Positions 63,818-64,000 of a DNA stretch of 64,000 nt are shown here, piece by piece. A model generated the notes under the pieces. It searched no databases. It was not told the DNA's origin and worked only from the letters and a program-made list of their open reading frames with translations. Source of the DNA: a virus. How positions within the stretch are numbered: the stretch's first letter is position 1; every line of letters begins with the position of its first letter. The DNA lies in the IMG/VR virus record IMGVR_UViG_3300008448_000060, positions 5,503 to 69,502 of that record, one strand, 5' to 3'. The position numbers were made by a program, and so were the translations under genes.

Positions 63818-64000
63818 AAGATCGTTTAAACAAAGCTTGGGAGTTTGAAATAATCTTTAACGATAGTAAAAATAAAATAAAATCTTGGTTTTATTCTGAT
63901 ACTGAAGAAGATGCGAGAAATAGAATTGAAAATTATATGAATGCCAAAATTATTTCTTTAAAAGAAATACCAAAGCCAGAAATATATTATGCTGATAATA
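63811..64000 (+). CDS. Hypothetical protein, 3'-truncated
   Basis: MVKDRLNKAWEFEIIF... open to the window end; AAGGA RBS. Confidence 0.45.
   Translation, partial: MVKDRLNKAWEFEIIFNDSKNKIKSWFYSDTEEDARNRIENYMNAKIISLKEIPKPEIYYADN

Noticed and set aside
1-64000. CRISPR array, integrase/att site, IS element or stop-codon reassignment
   Set aside because: No regularly spaced repeat-spacer units, no recombinase or transposase ORF, and core genes are full length in the standard code

Overview
An AT-rich segment of a large T4-like myovirus genome; every supported gene is on the + strand. 1-22.9 kb: virion structural and fibre genes plus neck genes gp13-15. 22.9-33.4 kb: the conserved gp17-gp23 head/tail block and gp3. 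33.8-60.0 kb: recombination, transcription and replication genes (uvsY, uvsW, gp55, gp47, gp46, gp45, gp44, gp62, regA, gp43, uvsX, gp41) mixed with accessory genes (peptide deformylase, CobT/CobS-like vWA/AAA+ pair, hsp20, small membrane proteins and lipoproteins). This gene set resembles aquatic T4-like phages of proteobacteria such as SAR11-type myophages; the host is inferred only. Best candidate for a new system: a DNA base-hypermodification cassette directly after gp41 (TET/JBP-type dioxygenase, GT-B-like glycosyltransferase, HAD phosphatase, second HxD..H oxygenase). Its dioxygenase ends in SSLEAFF, nearly identical to the clamp-binding-like tail of the polymerase (SSLEDFF). Other signals: GTWAC is avoided across the window except as TGTWACA; four lambda-H'-type IHF sites, three at a near-fixed distance upstream of early promoters; a ROSE-like RNA thermometer ahead of the hsp20 operon; an ArfA-like mini-ORF missing from the ORF track. 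Product calls rest on motif recognition and synteny. Motif counts were made by eye and need computational confirmation.
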